A DNA stretch of 63,998 nt, counting the filler, from Dirinaria sp. TL-2023a (taxonomy: Eukaryota): NCBI GenBank assembly GCA_051941275.1. It is 7 parts of 7 records of this genome, joined end to end, with 100 filler letters (N's around TTAATTAATTAA, not from the genome) between each part and the next. Parts side by side here need not be neighbours in the genome. Positions count along the whole stretch, not along the records: positions 55,217 to 63,998 come from JAVEBF010001141.1; 6 more parts are not named here. One strand, written 5' to 3'. Below the pieces are notes generated by a model. The model had not been told where the DNA came from. It saw only the letters and a program-made list of their open reading frames with translations, and searched no databases. Made by a program: the position numbers and the translations under genes. Of this stretch, positions 62,314 to 63,998 are shown piece after piece; within the stretch, counting starts at the first letter, position 1; every line of letters begins with the position of its first letter.

Positions 62314-63998
62314 CCTCGGATTCTGAGTCTCACATAGGGTGGTACATGTAAGATCGATGATAAAATTTATACGGGAAAGCTGAATACCATTAGTAGCCAA
62401 GCCAGGCTCGGTGGAAATGCTTCCATTCGGATCCAGTACCAATCCATGCTTGGTGCACTGCTAATGCGAAGTATGATTTCTGAAGGTTAGGTACGTCCGA
62501 CCACGCTCGCCAATTACGCTGTGGACCGAACATCTCCCAAGCTGTTACTGCCGACCCGTCGATCGGCTATCTCCGTACATCCTTCCCAGCCAATGTATGG
62601 AGCATGCTCGAAAGTATATCTGGGCAAGCAAAGAGTGTGAGTTCTGGAACTGGTTTAGAGTCAGGTCATGCAGGTACTAAATACCTGAAGTAAGGTACTG
62701 CACCTGATGACATCGGCCAACTCCGGCTAAGCGACACCGCTATCCGTGACATCTGTTTATCCGCCATGCTGTCTATACGAGAAATATCTTCTGGTAATAG
62801 AAGACGAGGCACAATTGCAATGAGATTTGGCCGATGATCCAGAATGCTAAATCCAAAAAATGCAGGAAATCCGGTTCATAACAAATCGGCTTAGTCAGCC
62901 GAAAACCCCTAGCCTGTAAGGGGTGGAAGGTGCAAGCATGAAGATACCTTATACTAAGAAACCACCTAGCATCTCTTCCAACGAAAAACCGAAATCATAG
63001 TCTCATGGCTGAATCATCCTCATCTCCCATACCTCTATACAATATCCTCCACCTCTCCTTCTCCAACTCACATCCAACCAGCAAAACACCTACTAGCTAC
63101 TCCCTCCGATCACTCTAATTCCAAAAAAAAAAAACGATACTAAAATCCATCCCCTCCCTTGATTCCTCGCAGTATATCCCTTCCCCTATCATAAATCATC
63201 CTAAAGCCTTTCCTCCCCTCCCTTTCTCTTACATCATTCATATCCATACCTTCACCTCATATTTCTAATTTCCGCTTCGATAGTTTAGTATTATTAAGAA
63301 ACGATATTGTGCTTCCTATGTGAAAGTGTTGCGCGGTGGTAAATACCTGTTCTTGAGTTGAAGTCGAGGATTTAGGGGTGCGTTATGGTTGTCGGATAAT
63401 TACTTTTCTGGTATGAATTCTTTATCACTTGTTTCTTTTATCGTGCTTGTTAGTATACAGTAGTTGCATGTATGTATGTACTTATATGGTTCATATCCAT
63501 AGAAAGGGTTTCATTCCTGGGGGTCCGTTGAATTTAGGCAGTTTATATAGATTTACGGGATGGAATGCATTAAGTAGGAGAGATATACTCAGAGAGTTTC
63601 TAAGTAGTAGGATTTATATTATTCATCTTTGAGCTCTTGAAATACCCTCCTTGCATGGCTGATCATAAGTAAATCCTCCCTCTTTTCCATTCTCTCGTTC
63701 CTTACATAATCCTTAATAAACACAGTTTTTATTCAAAACCCTTCCTTCCCCTCGCCCCCACCCCCCGCTTTCTTTTCTACGACTCATCTCCTCCTGAGCT
63801 TAGCAGTATTAGATGATTAATAACACTTGAGACAACATCAACATTCAAACTCTCTACTTCATCAACCACTTATCCATCCTGCGCAGCCGAGGGTTACAAT
63901 GCCTGATCTCAGAATAAGAGAAAGAGGAAGTAATGAGGGTTGATATCCAGATTGGAAAACGGGAAATAAGACGTTGATGGTCTTGATGAGTTCAGAAA

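Overview
Eukaryotic DNA from a filamentous ascomycete (Pezizomycotina-type genes with short GT-AG introns and CTRAC/CTRAT branch sites). The window is not one locus. It holds seven contigs of about 9.1 kb, sorted by descending length and joined by an artificial 100-bp linker (N44-TTAATTAATTAA-N44), so gene neighbourhoods only count within a contig. Recognisable genes: a multi-RRM protein, phosphofructokinase, MED17, a MARVEL protein, an MFS transporter, ATG33, a proline-specific peptidase, an F-box protein, a PQQ-dependent AA12-type dehydrogenase, RSC7/NPL6, NPC2, VMA7, NUR1, BRO1, a PTH11-like receptor, a DUF4419 protein, THI4 and an ATP-grasp protein, plus several hypothetical ORFs. The best-supported non-coding feature is a complete TPP riboswitch splicing system in the THI4 5' leader: an aptamer with a long P3, alternative 5' splice sites, two out-of-frame uATGs, an anti-aptamer pairing and a NAGNAG acceptor. 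Also present are an unexplained 210-bp fold-back containing a telomeric CAACCCTAACCC, a 573-bp long-TIR non-autonomous element and a 5'-truncated LINE fragment. Gene identities come from recognising motifs by eye; no searches were run.
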